Assembly (NCBI RefSeq): GCF_009914755.1
Contig: NC_060946.1
Direction: 5' to 3' (one strand)
Source of the DNA: the human T2T-CHM13v2.0 reference genome, Homo sapiens
Length of the DNA: 64,000 bases
Shown here: one piece after another, positions 24,701-37,399 of the stretch
How positions within the stretch are numbered: position 1 is the first letter of the stretch
How the letters are laid out: each line of letters opens with the position of its first letter
The notes under the pieces: model-generated
The model's database searches: none
Told to the model about the DNA's origin: nothing
The model's input: the letters and a program-made list of their open reading frames with translations, nothing else
Made by a program: the position numbers and the translations under genes

Positions 24701-27700
24701 TTCTGAGAATGCTTCTGTCGAGATTTTATATGAAGATATTCCCGTTTCCAACGAAATCCTGAAATCTATCCAAATATCCCCTCGCAGATTCTACAAAAAG
24801 AGTGTTTCAAAACTGCTCTGTAAAAAGAAAGGTTCAACTCTGTTAGTTGAGTACACACATCACAAACAAGTTTCACAGAATGCTTCTTTCTAGCTTGTAG
24901 GGGAAGATATTCCCTTTATCACCATGGTCCTCAAACCGTCCGAAACGTCCACTTCCATATACTACAAAAAGAGCGTTTCAAACCTGCTCTATGAAAGGCA
25001 ATGTTCAACTCTGTGACTTGAATGCAGACATCACAGAGCAGTTTCTGAGAATGCTTCTGTCCAGACTTTATAGGAAGATATTCCCGTTTCCAACGAAATC
25101 TTCACAGCTATCCAAATATCCACTTGCAGATACTACAAAAAGAATGTATCAAAAATGCTCTGTCAAAAGGAAAGTTCTTCTCTGCTAGTTGAGTGCATAC
25201 GTCATAAAGAAGTTTCTGAGAATGTTTCTGTCTAGTGGTTATGGGAAGATATTTGCTTTTTCCCCGTAGACCTCAGAGCGCTCCAAATGTCCACTTGCAC
25301 ATGCTACAAAAAGAGTGCTTCAAAGCTGCTCTCTGAAAGGGAATGTTCAACTCTATGAGTTGAATGTAAACATCACAAAGACGTTTCTGAGAATGCTTCT
25401 GTCTAGATTTGATATGAAGATATTCCCGTTTCCAACGAAATCTTCAAATCTATCCAAATGTCCACTTGCAGATTCAACAGAAAGTGTTTTTCAAAACTGC
25501 TGTATCAAAAGAAAGATCCACGTCTGTTAGCTGAGTTCACACATCACAAACAAGTTTAGGAGAATGCTTCTGTCTAGTTTTTATTTGAAGATATTTCCTT
25601 TCTCACCATAGACCTGAAAGCTGTCCTAATGTTCACTTCCAGGTACTACAGAAAGAGTGTTTCAAAACTGCTGTACGAAAGGGAATGTTCAACTCTGTGA
25701 CTTGAATGCACACATCACAAAGAAGTTTCTGAGGATGCTGCTGTCTACTTTTTATACGTAATCCCGTTTCCAACGAAATCCTCCAAGCTATCCAAATATC
25801 CACTTGTAGATTCCACAGAAAGACTGTTTCAAAACTGCTCTGTCAATAGAAAGGTTCAACTCTGTTAGCTGCGTGCATATATCCCAAAGAAGATTCTGAG
25901 ATTGCTTCTGTCTAGTTTTTATGGGAAGATATTTCCCTTTTCACCGTAGGTGTCAAGGCGCTCCAAATGTCCACTTCCAGATACTAGAAAAAGAGTGTTT
26001 CAAACCTACTCTGTGAAAGGGAATATTCAACTCTGTGACTTGAAGGCAGATATCACAAAGAAGTTTCTGAGAATGCTTCTGTCGAGATTTTATATGAAGA
26101 TATTCCCGTTTCCAACGAAATCCTGAAATCTATCCAAATATCCCCTCGCAGATTCTACAAAAAGAGTGTTTCAAAACTGCTCTGTAAAAAGAAAGGTTCA
26201 ACTCTGTTAGTTGAGTACACACATCACAAACAAGTTTCACAGAATGCTTCTTTCTAGCTTGTGGGGGAAGATATTCCCTTTATCACCATGGGACTCAAAC
26301 CGTCCGAAACGTCCACTTCCATATACTACAAAAAGAGCGTTTCAAACCTGCTCTATGAAAGGCAATGTTCAACTCTGTGACTTGAATGCAGACATCACAG
26401 AGCAGTTTCTGAGAATGCTTCTGTCTAGATTTTATAGGAAGATATTCCCGTTTCCAAAGAAATCTTCACATCTATCCAAATATCCACTTGCAGATTCTAC
26501 AAAAAGAGTGTATCAAAACTGCTCTGTCAAAAGGAAGGTTCTTCTCTGTTAGGTGAGTGCATACGTCATAAAGGAGTTTCTGAGAATGTTTCTGTCTAGT
26601 GTTTATGGGAAGATATTTGCTTTTTCACCGTAGGCCTCAGAGCGCTCCAAATATCCACTTGCACATACTACAAAAAGAGTGTTTCCAAGCTGCTCTCTGA
26701 AAGGGAATGTTCAACTCTATGAGTTGAATGCAAACATCACAAAGACGTTTCTGAGAATGCTTCTCTCTAGATTTGATATGAAGATATTCCCGTTTCCAAC
26801 GAAATCTTCAAATCTATCCAAATGTCCACTTGCAGATTCAACAAAAAGTGTTTTTCAGAACTGCTCTATCAAAAGAAAGATCCACCTCTGTTAGCTGAGT
26901 TCACACATCACAAACAAGTTTATGAGAATGCTTCTGTCTAGTTTTTATTTGAAGATATTTCCTTTCTCACCATAGACCTGAAAGCTGTCCTAATGTTCAC
27001 TTCCAGATACTACAGAAAGAGTGTTTCAAAACTGCTGTACGAAAGGGAATGTTCAACTCTGTGACTTGAATGCACACATCACAAAGAAGTTTCTGAGGAT
27101 GCTGCTGTGTACTTTTTATACGTAATCCCGTTTCCAACGAAATCCTCCAAGCTATCCAAATATCCACTTGCAGATTCCACAGAAAGACTGTTTCAAAACT
27201 GCTCTGTCAATAGAAAGGTTCAACTCTGTTAGCTGCGTGCATATATCCCAAAGAAGATTCTGAGATTGCTTCTGTCTAGTTTTTATGGGAAGATATTTCC
27301 CTTTTCACCGTAGGCGTCAAGGCGCTCCAAATGTCCACTTCCAGATACTACAAAAAGAGTGTTTCAAACCTACTCTGTGAAAGGGAATATTCAACTCTGT
27401 GACGTAAAGGCAGATATCACAAAGAAGTTTCTGAGAATGTTTCTGTCGAGATTTTATATGAAGATATTCCCGTTTCCAACGAAATCCTGAAATCTATCCA
27501 AATATCCCCTCGCAGATTCTACAAAAAGAGTGTTTCAAAACTGCTCTGTAAAAAGAAAGGTTCAACTCTGTTAGTTGAGTACACACATCACAAACAAGTT
27601 TCACAGAATGCTTCTTTCTAGCTTGTAGGGCAAGATATTCCCTTTATCACCATGGGCCTCAAACCGTCCGAAACGTCCACTTCCATATACTACAAAAAGA

Positions 27701-30700
27701 GCGTTTCAAACCTGCTCTATGAAAGGCAATGTTCAACTCTGTGACTTGAATGCAGACATCACAGAGCAGTTTCTGAGAATGCTTCTGTCTAGATTTTATA
27801 GGAAGATATTCCCGTTTCCAACGAAATCTTCACAGCTATCCAAATATCCACTTGCAGATTCTACAAAAAGAGTTTATCAAAACTGCTCTGTCAAAAGGAA
27901 GGTTCTTCTCTGTTAGTTGAGTACATACGTCATAAAGGAGTTTCTGAGAATGTTTCTGTCTAGTGGTTATGGGAAGATATTTTCTTTTTCACCTTAGGCC
28001 TCAGAGTGCTCCAAATATCCGCTTGCACATACTACAAAAAGAGTGCTTCAAAGCTGCTCTCTGAAAGGGAATGTTCAACTCTATGAGTTGAATGCAAACA
28101 TCACAAAGACGTTTCTGAGAATGCTTCTGTCTAGATTTGATATGAAGATATTCCCGTTTCCAACGAAATCTTCAAATCTATCCAAATGTCCACTTGCAGA
28201 TTCAACAAAGTGTTTTTCAAAACTACTGTATCAAAAGAAACATCCACCTCTGTTAGCTGAGTTCACACTTCACAAACAAGTTTATCAGAATGCTTCTGTC
28301 TAGTTTTTATTTGAAGATATATCCTTTCTCACTATAGACCTGAAAGCTCTCCTAAAGTTCACTTCCAGATACTACAGAAAGAGTGTTTCAAAACTGCTGT
28401 ACGAAAGGGAATGTTCAACTCTGTGACTTGAATGCACACATCACAAGGATGTTTCTGAGGATGCTGCTGTCTATTTTTTATACGTAATCCCGTTTCCAAC
28501 GAAATCCTCCAAGCTATCCAAATATCCACTTGCAGATTCCACAGAAAGACTGTTTCAAAACTGCTCTGTCAATAGAAAGGTTCAACTCTATTAGCTGCGT
28601 GCATATATCTCAAAGAAGATTCTGAGATTGCTTCTGTCTAGTTTTTATGGGAAGATATTTCCCTTTTCACCGTAGGTGTCAAGGCGCTCCAAATGTCCAC
28701 TTCCAGATACTACAAAAAGAGTGTTTCAAACCTACTCTGTGAAAGGGAATATTCAACTCTGTGACTTAAAGGCAGATATCACAAAGAAGTTTCTGAGAAT
28801 GCTTCTGTCGACATTTTATATGAAGATATTCCCCTTTCCAACGAAATCCTGAAATCTATCCAAATATCCCCTCGCAGATTCTACAAAAAGAGTGTTTCAA
28901 AACTGCTCTGTAAAAAGAAAGGTTCAACTCTGTTAGTTGAGTACACACATCACAAACAAGTTTCACAGAATGCTTCTTTCTAGCTTGTAGGGGAAGATAT
29001 TCCCTTTATCACCATGGGCCTCAAACCGTCCGAAACGTCCACTTCCATATACTACAAAAAGAGCGTTTCAAACCTGCTCTATGAAAGGCAATGTTCAACT
29101 CTGTGACTTGAATGCAGACATCACAGAGCAGTTTCTGAGAATGCTTCTGTCTAGATTTTATAGGAAGATATTCCCGTTTCCAGCAAAATCTTCACAGCTA
29201 TCCAAATATCCACTTGCAGATTCTACAAAAAGAGTGTATCAAAACTGCTCTGTCAAAAGGAAGGTTCTTCTCTGTTAGGTGAGTGCATACGTCATAAAGG
29301 AGTTTCTGAGAATGTTTCTGTCTAGTGGTTATGGGAAGATATTTGCTTTTTCACCGTAGGCCTCAGAGCGCTCCAAATATCCACTTGCACATACTACAAA
29401 AAGAGTGTTTCAAAGCTGCTCTCTGAAAGGGAATGTTCAACTCTATGAGTTGAATGCAAACATCACAAAGACGTTTCTGAGAATGCTTCTGTCTAGATTT
29501 GATATGAAGATATTCCCGTTTCCAACGAAATCTTCAAATCTATCCAAATGTCCACTTGCAGATTCAACAAAGTGTTTTTCAGAACTGCTCTATCAACAGA
29601 AAGATCCACCTCTGTTAGCTGAGTTCACACTTCACAAACAAGTTTATCAGAATGCTTCTGTCTAGTTTTTATTTGAAGATATATCCTTTCTCACTATAGA
29701 CCTGAAAGCTCTCCTAAAGTTCACTTCCAGATACTACAGAAAGAGTGTTTCAAAACTGCTGTACGAAAGGGAATGTTCAACTCTGTGACTTGAATGCACA
29801 CATCACAAGGATGTTTCTGAGGATGCTGCTGTCTACTTTTTATACGTAATCCCGTTTCCAACGAAATCCTCCAAGCTATCCAAATATCCACTTGGAGATT
29901 CCACAGAAAGACTGTTTCAAAACTGCTCTGTCAATAGAAATGTTCAACTCTATTAGCTGCGTGCATATATCTCAAAGAAGATTCTGAGATTGCTTCTGTC
30001 TAGTTTTTATGGGAAGATATTTCCCTTTTCACCGTAGGTGTCAAGGCGCTCCAAATGTCCACTTCCAGATACTACAAAAAGAGTGTTTCAAACCTACTCT
30101 GTGAAAGGGAATATTCAACTCTGTGACTTAAAGGCAGATATCACAAAGAAGTTTCTGAGAATGCTTCTGTCGACATTTTATATGAAGATATTCCCCTTTC
30201 CAACGAAATCCTGAAATCTATCCAAATATCCCCTCGCAGATTCTACAAAAAGAGTGTTTCAAAACTGCTCTGTAAAAAGAAAGGTTCAACTCTGTTAGTT
30301 GAGTACACACATCACAAACAAGTTTCACAGAATGCTTCTTTCTAGCTTGTAGGGGAAGATATTCCCTTTATCACCATGGGCCTCAAACCGTCCGAAACGT
30401 CCACTTCCATATACTACAAAAAGTGCGTTTCAAACCTGCTCTATGAAAGGCAATGTTCAACTCTGTGACTTGAATGCAGACATCACAGAGCAGTTTCTGA
30501 GAATGCTGCTGTCTAGATTTTATAAGAAGATATTCCCGTTTCCAGCAAAATCTTCACAGCTATCCAAATATCCACTTGCAGATTCTACAAAAAGAGTGTA
30601 TCAAAACTGCTCTGTCAAAAGGAAGGTTCTTCTCTTTTAGGTGAGTGCATACGTCATAAAGGAGTTTCTGAGAATGTTTCTGTCTAGTGGTTATGGGAAG

Positions 30701-33700
30701 ATATTTGCTTTTTCACCGTAGGCCTCAGGGCGCTCCAAATATCCACTTGCACATACTACAAAAAGAGTGTTTCAAAGCTGCTCTCTGAAACGGAATGTTC
30801 AACTCTATGAGTTGAATGCAAACATGACAAAGACGTTTCTGAGAATGCTTCTGTCTAGATTTGATATGAAGATATTCCCGTTTCCAACGAAATCTTCAAA
30901 TCTATCCAAACGTCCACTTGCAGATTCAACAAAGTGTTTTTCAGAACTGCTCTATCAAAAGAAAGATCCACCTCTGTTATCTGAGTTCACACTTCACAAA
31001 CAAGTTTATCAGTATGCTTCTGTCTAGTTTTTATTTGAAGATATAACCTTTCTCACTATAGACCTGAAAGCTCTCCTAAAGTTCACTTCCAGATACTACA
31101 GAAAGAGTGTTTCAAAACTGCTGTACAAAAGGGAATGTTCAACTCTGTGACTTGAATGCACACATCACAAAGAAGTTTCTGAGGATGCTGCTGTCTACTT
31201 TTTAAACGTAATCCCTTTTCCAACGAAATCCTCCAAGCTATCCAAATATCCACTTGCAGATTCCACAGAAAGACTGTTTCAAAACTGCTCTGTCAATAGA
31301 AAGGTTCAACTCTGTTAGCTGCGTGCATATATCCCAAAGAAGATTCTGAGATTGCTTCTGTCTAGTTTTTATGGGAAGATATTTCCCTTTTCACCGTAGG
31401 TGTCAAGGCGCTCCAAATGTCCACTTCCAGATACTACAAAAAGAGTGTTTCAAACCTACTCTGTGAAAGGGAATATTCAACTCTGTGACTTGAAGGCAGA
31501 TATCACAAAGAAGTTTCTGAGAATGCTTCTGTCGAGATTTTATATGAAGATATTCCCGTTTCCAACGAAATCCTGAAATCTATCCAAATATCCCCTCGCA
31601 GATTCTACAAAAAGAGTGTTTCAAAACTGCTCTGTAAAAAGAAAGGTTCAACTCTGTTAGTTGAGTACACACATCACAAACAAGTTTCACAGAATGCTTC
31701 TTTCTAGCTTGTAGGGGAAGATATTCCCTTTATCACCATGGACCTCAAACCGTCTGAAACGTCCACTTCCATATACTACACAAAGAGTGTTTCAAACCTG
31801 CTCTAGGAAAGGCAATGTTCAACTCTGTGACTTGAATGCAGACATCACAGAGCAGTTTCTGAGAATGCTTCTGTCTAGATTTTATAGGAAGATATTCCCG
31901 TTTCCAACGAAATCTTCACAGCTATCCAAATATCCACTTGCAGATTCTACAAAAAGAGTGTATCAAAACTGCTCTGTCAAAAGGAAGGTTCTTCTCTGTT
32001 AGTTGAGTACATACGTCATAAAGGAGTTTCTGAGAATGTTTCTGTCTAGTGGTTATGGGAAGATATTTGCTTTTTCACCTTAGGCCTCAGAGCGCTCCAA
32101 ATATCCACTTGCACATACTACAAAAAGAGTGCTTCAAAGCTGCTCTCTGAAACGGAATGTTCAACTCTATGAGTTGAATGCAAACATCACAAAGACGTTT
32201 CTGAGAATGCTTCTGTCTAGATTTGATATGAAGATATTCCCGTTTCCAACGAAATCTTCAAATCTATCCAAATGTCCACTTGCAGATTCAACAAAAAGTG
32301 TTTTTCAGAACTGCTCTATCAAAAGAAAGATCCACCTCTGTTAGCTGAGTTCACACATCACAAACAAGTTTATGAGAATGCTTCTGTCTAGTTTTTATTT
32401 GAAGATATTTCCTTTCTCACCATAGACCTGAAAGCTGTCCTAGTGTTCACTTCCAGATACTACAGAAAGAGTGTTTCAAAACTGCTGTACGAAAGGGAAT
32501 GTTCAACTCTGTGACTTTAATGCAGACATCACAAACAACTTTCTGAGGATGCTGCTGTCTACTTTTTATACGTAATCCCGTTTCCAACGAAATCCTCCAA
32601 GCTATCCAAATATCCACTTGCAGATTCCACAGAAAGACTGTTTCAAAACTGCTCTGTCAATAGAAAGGTTCAACTCTGTTAGCTGCGTGCCTATATCCCA
32701 AAGAAGATTCTCATATTGCTTCTGTCTAGTTTTTATGGGAAGATATTTCCCTTTTCACCGTAGGTGTCAAGGAGCTCCAAATGTCCACTTCCAGATACTA
32801 CAAAAAGAGTGTTTCAAACCTACTCTGCGAAAGGGAATATTCAACTCTGTGACTTGAAGGGAGATATCACAAAGAAGTTCTGAGAATGCTTCTGTCGAGA
32901 TTTTATATGAAGATATTCCCGTTTCCAACGAAATCCTGAAATCTATCCAAATATCCCCTCGCAGATTCTACAAAAAGAGTGTTTCAAAACTGCTCTGTAA
33001 AAAGAAAGGTTCAACTCTGTTAGTTGAGTACACACATCACAAACAAGTTTCACAGAATGCTTCTTTCTAGCTTGTAGGGGAAGATATTCCCTTTATCACC
33101 ATGGGCCTCAAACCGTCCGAAACGTCCACTTCCATATACTACAAAAAGAGCGTTTCAAACCTGCTCTATGAAAGGCAATGTTCAACTCTGTGACTTGAAT
33201 GCAGACATCACAGAGCAGTTTCTGAGAATGCTTCTGTCTAGATTTTATAGGAAGATATTCCCGTTTCCAACGAAATCTTCACAGCTATCCAAATATCCAC
33301 TTGCAGATTCTACAAAAAGAGTGTATCAAAACTGCTCTGTCAAAAGGAAGGTTCTTCTCTTTTAGGTGAGTGCATACGTCATAAAGGAGTTTCTGAGAAT
33401 GTTTCTGTCTAGTGGTTATGGGAAGATATTTGCTTTTTCACCGTAGGCCTCAGAGTGCTCCAAATATCCACTTGCACATACTACAAAAAGAGTGTTTCAA
33501 AGCTGCTCTCTGAAAGGGAATGTTCAACTCTATGAGTTGAATGCAAACATCACAAAGACGTTTCTGAGAATGCTTCTGTCTAGATTTGATATGAAGATAT
33601 TCCCGTTTCCAACGAAATCCTCAAATCTATCCAAATGTCCACTTGCAGATTCAACAAAGTGTTTTTCAGAACTGCTCTATCAAAAGAAAGATCCACCTCT

Positions 33701-36700
33701 GTTAGCTGAGTTCACACTTCACAAACAAGTTTATCAGAATGCTTCTGTCTAGTTTTTATTTGAAGATATATCCTTTCTCACTATAGACCTGAAAGCTCTC
33801 CTAAAGTTCACTTCCAGATACTACAGAAAGAGTGTTTCAAAACTGCTGTACGAAAGGGAATGTTCAACTCTGTGACTTGAATGCACACATCACAAAGAAG
33901 TTTCTTAGGATGCTGCTGTCTACTTTTTATACGAAATCCCGTTTCCAACGAAATCCTCCAAGCTATCCAAATATCCACTTGCAGATTCCACAGAAAGACT
34001 GTTTCAAAACTGCTCTGTCAATAGAAAGGTTCAACTCTGTTAGCTGCGTGCATATATCCCAAAGAAGATTCTGAGATTGCTTCTGTCTAGTTTTTATGGG
34101 AAGATATTTCCCTTTTCACCGTAGGCGTCAAGGCGCTCCAAATGTCCACTTCCAGATACTACAAAAAGAGTGTTTCAAACCTACTCTGCGAAAGGGAATA
34201 TTCAACCCTGTGACTTGAAGGCAGATATCAGAAATAAGTTTCTGAGAATGCTTCTGTCGAGATTTTATATGAAGATATTCCCGTTTCCAACGAAATCCTG
34301 AAATCTATCCAAATATCCCCTCGCAGATTCTACAAAAAGAGTGTTTCAAAACTGCTCTGTAAAAAGAAAGGTTCAACTCTGTTAATTGAGTACACACATC
34401 ACAAACAAGTTTCACAGAATGCTTCTTTCTAGCTTGTAGGGGAAGATATTCCCTTTATCACCATGGGCCTCAAACCGTCCGAAACGTCCACTTCCATATA
34501 CTACAAAAAGAGTGTTTCAAACCTGCTCTATGAAAGGCAATGTTCAACTCTGTGACTTGAATGCAGACATCACAGAGCAGTTTCTGAGAATGCTTCTGTC
34601 TAGATTTTATAGGAAGATATTCCCGTTTCCAACGAAATCTTCACAGCTATCCAAATATCCACTTGCAGATTCTACAAAAAGAGTGTATCAAAACTGCTCT
34701 GTCAAAAGGAAGGTTCTTCTCTGTTAGGTGAGTGCATACGTCATAAAGGAGTTTCTGAGAATGTTTCTGTCTAGTGGTTATGGGAAGATATTTGCTTTTT
34801 CACCGTAGGCCTCAGAGCGCTCCAAATATCCGCTTGCACATACTACAAAAAGAGTGCTTCAAAGCTGCTCTCTGAAACGGAATGTTCAACTCTATGAGTT
34901 GAATGCAAACATCACAAAGACGTTTCTGAGAATGCTTCCGTCTAGATTTGATATGAAGATATTCGCGTTTCCAACGACATCTTCAAATCTATCCAAATGT
35001 CCACTTGCAGATTCAACAAAAAGTGTTTTTCAGAACTGCTCTATCAAAAGAAAGATCCACGTGTGTTAGCTGAGTTCACACATCACAAACAAGTTTATGA
35101 GAATGCTTCTGTCTAGTTTTTATTTGAAGATATTTCCTTTCTCACCATAGACCTGAAAGCTGTCCTAATGTTCACTTCCAGATACTACAGAAAGAGTGTT
35201 TCAAAACTGCTGTACGAAAGGGAATGTTCAACTCTGTGACTTGAATGCACACATCACAAACAAGTTTCTGAGGATGCTGCTGTCTACTTTTTATACGTAA
35301 TCCCGTTTCCAACGAAATCCTCCAAGCTATCCAAATATCCACTTGCAGATTCCACAGAAAGAATGTTTCAAAACTGCTCTGTCAATAGAAAGGTTCAACT
35401 CTGTTAGCTGCGTGCATATATCCCAAAGAAGATTCTGAGATTGCTTCTGTCTAGTTTTTATGGGAAGATATTTCCCTTTTCACCGTAGGCGTCAAGGCGC
35501 TCCAAATGTCCACTTCCAGATACTACAAAAAGAGTGCTTCCAAACCTACTCTGTGAAAGGGAATATTCAACTCTGTGACTTGAATGCAGATATCACAAAG
35601 AAGTTTCTGAGAATGCTTCTGTCGAGATTTTATATGAAGATATTCCCGTTTCCAACGAAATCCTGAAATCTATCCAAATATCCCCTCGCAGATTCTACAA
35701 AAAGAGGTTTCAAAACTGCTCTATAAAAAGAAAGGTTCAACTCTGTTAGTTGAGTACACACATCACAAACAAGTTTCACAGAATGCTACTTTCTAGCTTG
35801 TAGGGGAAGATATTTCCTTTATCACCATGGGCCTCAAACTGTCCGAAACGTCCACTTCCATATACTACAAAAAGAGCGTTTCAAACCTGCTCTATGAAAG
35901 GCAATGTTCAACTCTGTGACTTGAATGCAGACATCACAGAGCCGTTTCTGAGAATGCTTCTGTCTAGATTTTATAGGAAGATATTCCCGTTTCCAACGAA
36001 ATCTTCACAGCTATCCAAATATCCACTTGCAGATTCTACAAAAAGAGTGTATCAAAACTGCTCTGTCAAAAGGAAGGTTCTTCTCTGTTAGGTGAGTGCA
36101 TACGTCATAAAGGAGTTTCTGAGAATGTTTCTGTCTAGTGGTTATGGGAAGATATTTGCTTTTTCACCTTAGGCCTCAGAGCGCTCCAAATATCCACTTG
36201 CACATACTACAAAAAGAGTGCTTCAAAGCTGCTCTCTGAAACGGAATGTTCAACTCTATGAGTTGAATGCAAACATCACAAAGACGTTTCTGAGAATCCT
36301 TCTGTCTAGATTTGATATGAAGATATTCCCGTTTCCAACGAAATCATCAAATCTATCCAAATGTCCACTTGCAGATTCAACAAAAAGTGTTTTTCAGAAC
36401 TGCTCTATCAAAAGAAAGATCCACCTCTGTTAGCTGGGTTCACACATCACAAACAAGTTTATGAGAATGCTTCTGTCTAGTTTTTATTTGAAGATATTTC
36501 CTTTCTCACCATAGACCTGAAAGCTGTCCTAATGTTCACTTCCAGATACTACAGAAAGAGCGTTTCAAAACTGCTGTACGAAAGGGAATGTTCAACTCTG
36601 TGACTTGAATGCACACATCACAAAGAAGTTTCTGAGGATGCTGCTGTCTACTTTTTATACGTAATCCCGTTTCCAACGAAATCCTCCAATCTATCCAAAT

Positions 36701-37399
36701 ATCCACTTGCAGATTCCACAGAAAGACTGTTTCAAAACTGCTCTGTCAATAGAAAGGTTCAACTCTGTTAGCTGTGTGCATATATCCCAAAGAAGATTCT
36801 GAGATTGCTTCTGTCTAGTTTTTATGGGAAGATATTTCCCTTTTCACCGTAGGCGTCAAGGCGCTCCAAATGTCCACTTCCAGATACTACAAAAAGAGTG
36901 TTTCAAACCTACTCTCTGAAAGGGAATATTCAACTCTGTGACTTGAATGCAGATATCACAATGAAGTTTCTGAGAATGCTTCTGTCGAGATTTTATATGA
37001 AGATATTCCCGTTTCCAACGAAATCCTGAAATCTATCCAAATATCCCCTCGCAGATTCTACAAAAAGAGTGTTTCAAAACTGCTCTGTAAAAAGAAAGGT
37101 TCAACTCTGTTAGTTGAGTACACACATCACAAACAAGTTTCACAGAATGCTTCTTTCTAGCTTGTAGGGGAAGATATTCCCTTTAACACCATGGGCCTCA
37201 AACCGTCCGAAACGTCCACTTCCATATACTACAAAAAGAGCGTTTCAAACCTGCTCTAGGAAAGGCAATGTTCAACTCTGTGACTTGAATGCAGACATCA
37301 CAGAGCAGTTTCTGAGAATGCTTCTGTCTAGATTTTATAGGAAGATATTCCCGTTTCCAACGAAATCTTCACAGCTATCCAAATATCCACTTGCAGATT

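Noticed and set aside
26211-26552. Longest ORF (113 aa)
   Set aside because: Created by one substitution (ttgtAgggg>ttgtGgggg) removing a stop codon in a single HOR copy.
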